Shown piece by piece: positions 28,839-32,000 of a stretch of 32,000 bases of DNA. The translations under genes and the position numbers were made by a program. The DNA lies in contig OZ245922.1 in the NCBI GenBank assembly GCA_965229705.1, forward strand, positions 390,001 through 422,000, written 5' to 3'. The number at the start of each line of letters is the position of its first letter. The stretch's first letter is position 1. Below the pieces are notes generated by a model. It was not told where the DNA came from. It saw nothing but the letters and a program-made list of their open reading frames with translations, and did no database searches. Origin of the DNA: Candidatus Saccharimonadota bacterium (GTDB lineage Bacteria > Patescibacteriota > Gracilibacteria > BD1-5 > UBA6164).

Positions 28839-31800
28839 ATGTCACTACCTAAAGTAAACCCAAAACAAAGCTTCCCAGAACTTGAAGAAAATATACTCCA
28901 GTTTTGGAAAGAAAATGATATTTTTCAAAAATCTATTGATAATAGACCCGAAGATAGACCATATAGATTTTATGATGGCCCTCCATTTATTACCGGAACT
29001 CCACACTATGGAAGTCTTCTCTCAAGTATCATCAAGGATATCATACCACGCTATCAAACCATGCAAGGAAAACGCGTTGAGAGAAAATGGTGATGGGACT
29101 GTCACGGACTCCCTATCGAAGAAAAAGTGCAAAAAAAACTTGGACTCGAATCAAATAAAGAAATAGAAGAAACTGTAGGAATCAAAAAATTTATCGAAGA
29201 ATGTTATAACTATACAAGAGAAACTTCTGCAGAATGGCAGTGGTATATCGATCATATCGGTAGATGGGTAGATACAGACAATGCCTACAAAACTATGGAT
29301 CAAGACTACATGGAGTCTGTTATGTGGGTATTTCAACAACTCTGGAAAAAGTGAATGATTTATAAAGGGCAACGCGTATCTCTCTACTCATGGAAACTCT
29401 CAACTCCTATCTCAAACTTTGAAGTTGCAATGGATGATAGCTACGAAGAAGTATCTGATCCAGCTATCACTGTGATGTTTCCCCTAACCTCATCCCAACA
29501 TTCCCCTCAGGGAGAATCAGTAAGCAAGAGTAACTCAGAAAATGTAGCCTCTCTCTGAGAGGAGAGAGAATTCAAGAATGAGATTTCTGGTGGAAAACAC
29601 GTTCAAGAGTGAGATTATCTCTTAGCGTGGACAACAACACCCTGGACGATTCCAGCTCATATGGCTATCGCTGTGAATCCTGAGCTTGCCTACTCTCGAG
29701 TCTTCTCAGAAAACATATACTACATTCTCGCAACTGCTCGAGTAGAAACATTATTTAAAGGAAAAGAGTATGAAATCACAGAGAGTTTTATGTGATCAGA
29801 CCTCATCTGACTCTCGTATGATGCTCCTTTCAAATACTATCAAGGAAAAGTTGACTCAGAGAAAAATCATCGAGTCTTAGCAGCAGACTTTGTGACTGAT
29901 AGTGATGGGACTGGTATTGCTCACGAGGCTCCAGAGTTTGGTGATGTAGATTTTCAGCTTGCCAAAGAAAAGTGAGTCCATATCTCAAACGCTCTTGATA
30001 ATGCTGGAAAATATACAGAAGAAATCTCTGACTACGAATGAATGCACTACAGAGAAGCAAATGATGTGATCACAGAAAAACTCAAAGAACTATGAAGACT
30101 CTTCAAAAAAGAGTCTATCAATCACCGAGTCGCAATGTGTCCTCGTAGTGGTACTCCCCTCATTTATAAAGCGCAAGACTCATGGTTTATCAATATTCAA
30201 GATCTCAAAGATAAGCTCATCGACGAAAACGAAGGAATTAACTGGCAGCCAGGGCATCTCAAACATGGACAATTCCTAAAGTCTATGGAAAGTGCTCCTG
30301 ACTGGTGTATCTCTCGAACACGATATTGGGGAACTCCTATGCCAATATGGGTAGGTCGAGATAGTGACGGAAAAGATCAGGATATAAAGGTTTTTTGAAG
30401 CAAACAAGAAATAGAGTCAGCATCATGAATGAAAATTACAGATCTCCACAGACCATATATTGACGATATCACTTGGGAGGAAAATGGACTCACATATACA
30501 AGACTCCCCGAAGTCCTTGATGTATGGATGGATAGTGGCTCGATGCCATACGCGCAAATGCATTACCCATTTGAAAATAGTACTGAGATGGAAGCCAGCT
30601 ACCCTGCTGATTTTATCGTTGAGTATATCGGACAAGTCAGAGCCTGGTTTTATGTCATGCATGTTGTCGGAACAGCGCTCTTTGATAAACGAAGTTTTAC
30701 CAATGTTATTACAACAGGAATCGTCAACGGATCTGATGGAAGAAAAATGAGTAAATCATACGGAAACTATCCAGATCCTCGAAAAACTATTGAGACATAT
30801 GGCGCAGATGCTATCAGATTTTATATGGCAAACTCTCCCCTACTTACAGGTGGGAATATGGATTTTAAAGAAGAATGAATCCTCGAAGTTGTGAAGAAAT
30901 TGATCCTCCCACTCTGGAATACCTATTCATTTTTTACGACTTATGCAAATATAGATTGATTTGAACCTATGAACTCTCAAAAAATTAAAGTTCAAGGAAA
31001 CTGAGATTTTTCTGAGAAGAGCATACTTAATAGTAGGAGTTCGAAGAAAATATCTCAAAGTGACGATGAAATTTGAACTTGTTCAAAGCTTCAAAGAAGT
31101 AATCCTCTCGATATCTGGATTATCTCAGAAGTACATAGTCTTACTCAGCAGGTTACAAAAGCAATGGAACACTATGAAGTTACCGAGGCTACTCGTCCAA
31201 TTGTACAATTTATGGATCACCTCACTAACTGGTATATACGTCGAAGTAGGAAGCGTTTTTGGAAAAGTGAAAATGATCAAGATAAAATGCAAGCCTACGA
31301 AACGCTCTATGAAGTACTCATAGAACTATGTAAAATTATGGCACCTTTTACCCCATTTATTACCGAAGAAATATATAAGAATCTTACAGGGAACCTGTCT
31401 GTGCATTTAGAAGATTTTCCTACGAGTAATAGCTCACTCATAGATACTGATCTCAATGCAAACATGAGTCTCTGCCAAAAAATTATTAGTCTTGGTCTTT
31501 CTCTCAGAACAACTCAAAAAATCAGAGTAAGGCAACCTCTTCAAAGTATTTCTATCTGAGAAACGCTTTCTGACTACTACAAAGATATTATTAAAGAAGA
31601 ACTCAATGTGAAAGAAGTCCTCCAAGGAGATAGTAGTTCTATCGCAAAAAAAATATGTAAACCAAATGGTCGACTCATTGGACCAAAATTTGGAAAAGAT
31701 GTAAAAAATATTATTTCACAAGCAAAAGCTGGAAATTTTACAGAAATAGATCAAAATACAATCCTAATTCTCCCTCTTGATAAAGAACAGAAGGGGTGGG

Positions 31801-32000
31801 AACTCACTTGAGATGAGTTTGAAATAGCATTTATCAGTGAAGATCACTGTGATAATATCGAGTCATGATTTGGTATGGTGATTTCTATGGATCTAGAGTT
31901 GACTGATGAACTTGTTGCGGAAGGTTATGCTCGTGATATAGTGAGGCATATTCAAGAAGCACGAAAAGAAGCAGGCTATGAGGTTGATGATCGTATCTGT
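28839..32000 (+). CDS. ileS: isoleucine--tRNA ligase, type 2 (eukaryote-like); 3-prime end beyond the window
   Basis: ATG 28839. Track ORFs 28839, 29127, 29355, 30135, 30429, 31164 and 31608 share one frame, and the gaps contain only TGA (checked). Motifs seen: [14 protein letters not shown] (HIGH-type), [39 protein letters not shown], and [14 protein letters not shown] (KMSKS). The frame is open to 32000. Confidence 0.95.

Overview
AT-rich bacterial chromosomal segment that is only readable under genetic code 25 (UGA = Gly, the Gracilibacteria/Absconditabacteria-type candidate-phyla lineage). The standard-code ORF track is shattered because TGA sits at invariant glycine positions: ABC signature LSGGQ, DHHA1 GGGGH, IlvA PIGGGG, PurL GGFSNGDE, IleRS GWDCHGLP. 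Retranslated by hand with TGA = Gly, with every gap between track ORFs checked for in-frame TAA/TAG, the window resolves into about 21 intact genes. Minus strand: purM (partial), purL, ftsH, a 319-aa orphan, a 64-aa ORF, a 476-aa acidic orphan and ligA. Plus strand: an ABC-F ATPase, a 493-aa orphan, an 86-aa gene, trmB, mscS, an apparent operon nrnA-like / elp3-like / Wzy_C-like membrane protein / MazG-like / SAM methyltransferase, then ilvA, a small lipoprotein, a 134-aa orphan and ileS (partial). There are two tRNAs, Lys-CTT and Ser-GGA. No rRNA, CRISPR array, transposase or integrase was seen. The most unusual content is non-genic: three related families of palindromic MITE/REP-like elements. 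Family A has twin GAGACCGGTCTC palindromes (4 copies). Family B has the same termini but a different core (2 copies). Family C is a multi-hairpin element (4 loci flanking tRNA-Ser, ligA and ileS). One A copy lies inside the Wzy_C-like gene in the only stop-free frame, in phase with conserved motifs on both sides. This resembles the in-frame Rickettsia palindromic elements. ileS appears to carry one or two diverged in-frame copies as well. Other points of interest:
- a direct-repeat-bounded tRNA-Ser cassette with a duplicated tRNA 3-prime end;
- an 11-unit heptamer tract abutting the ileS start codon;
- a 930-nt gene-free structured region between ligA and nrnA;
- a T-box-like motif upstream of ilvA;
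- a self-contained TGA-free gene that has the only canonical Shine-Dalgarno sequence in the window.
All calls come from reading the sequence. No database search was possible.
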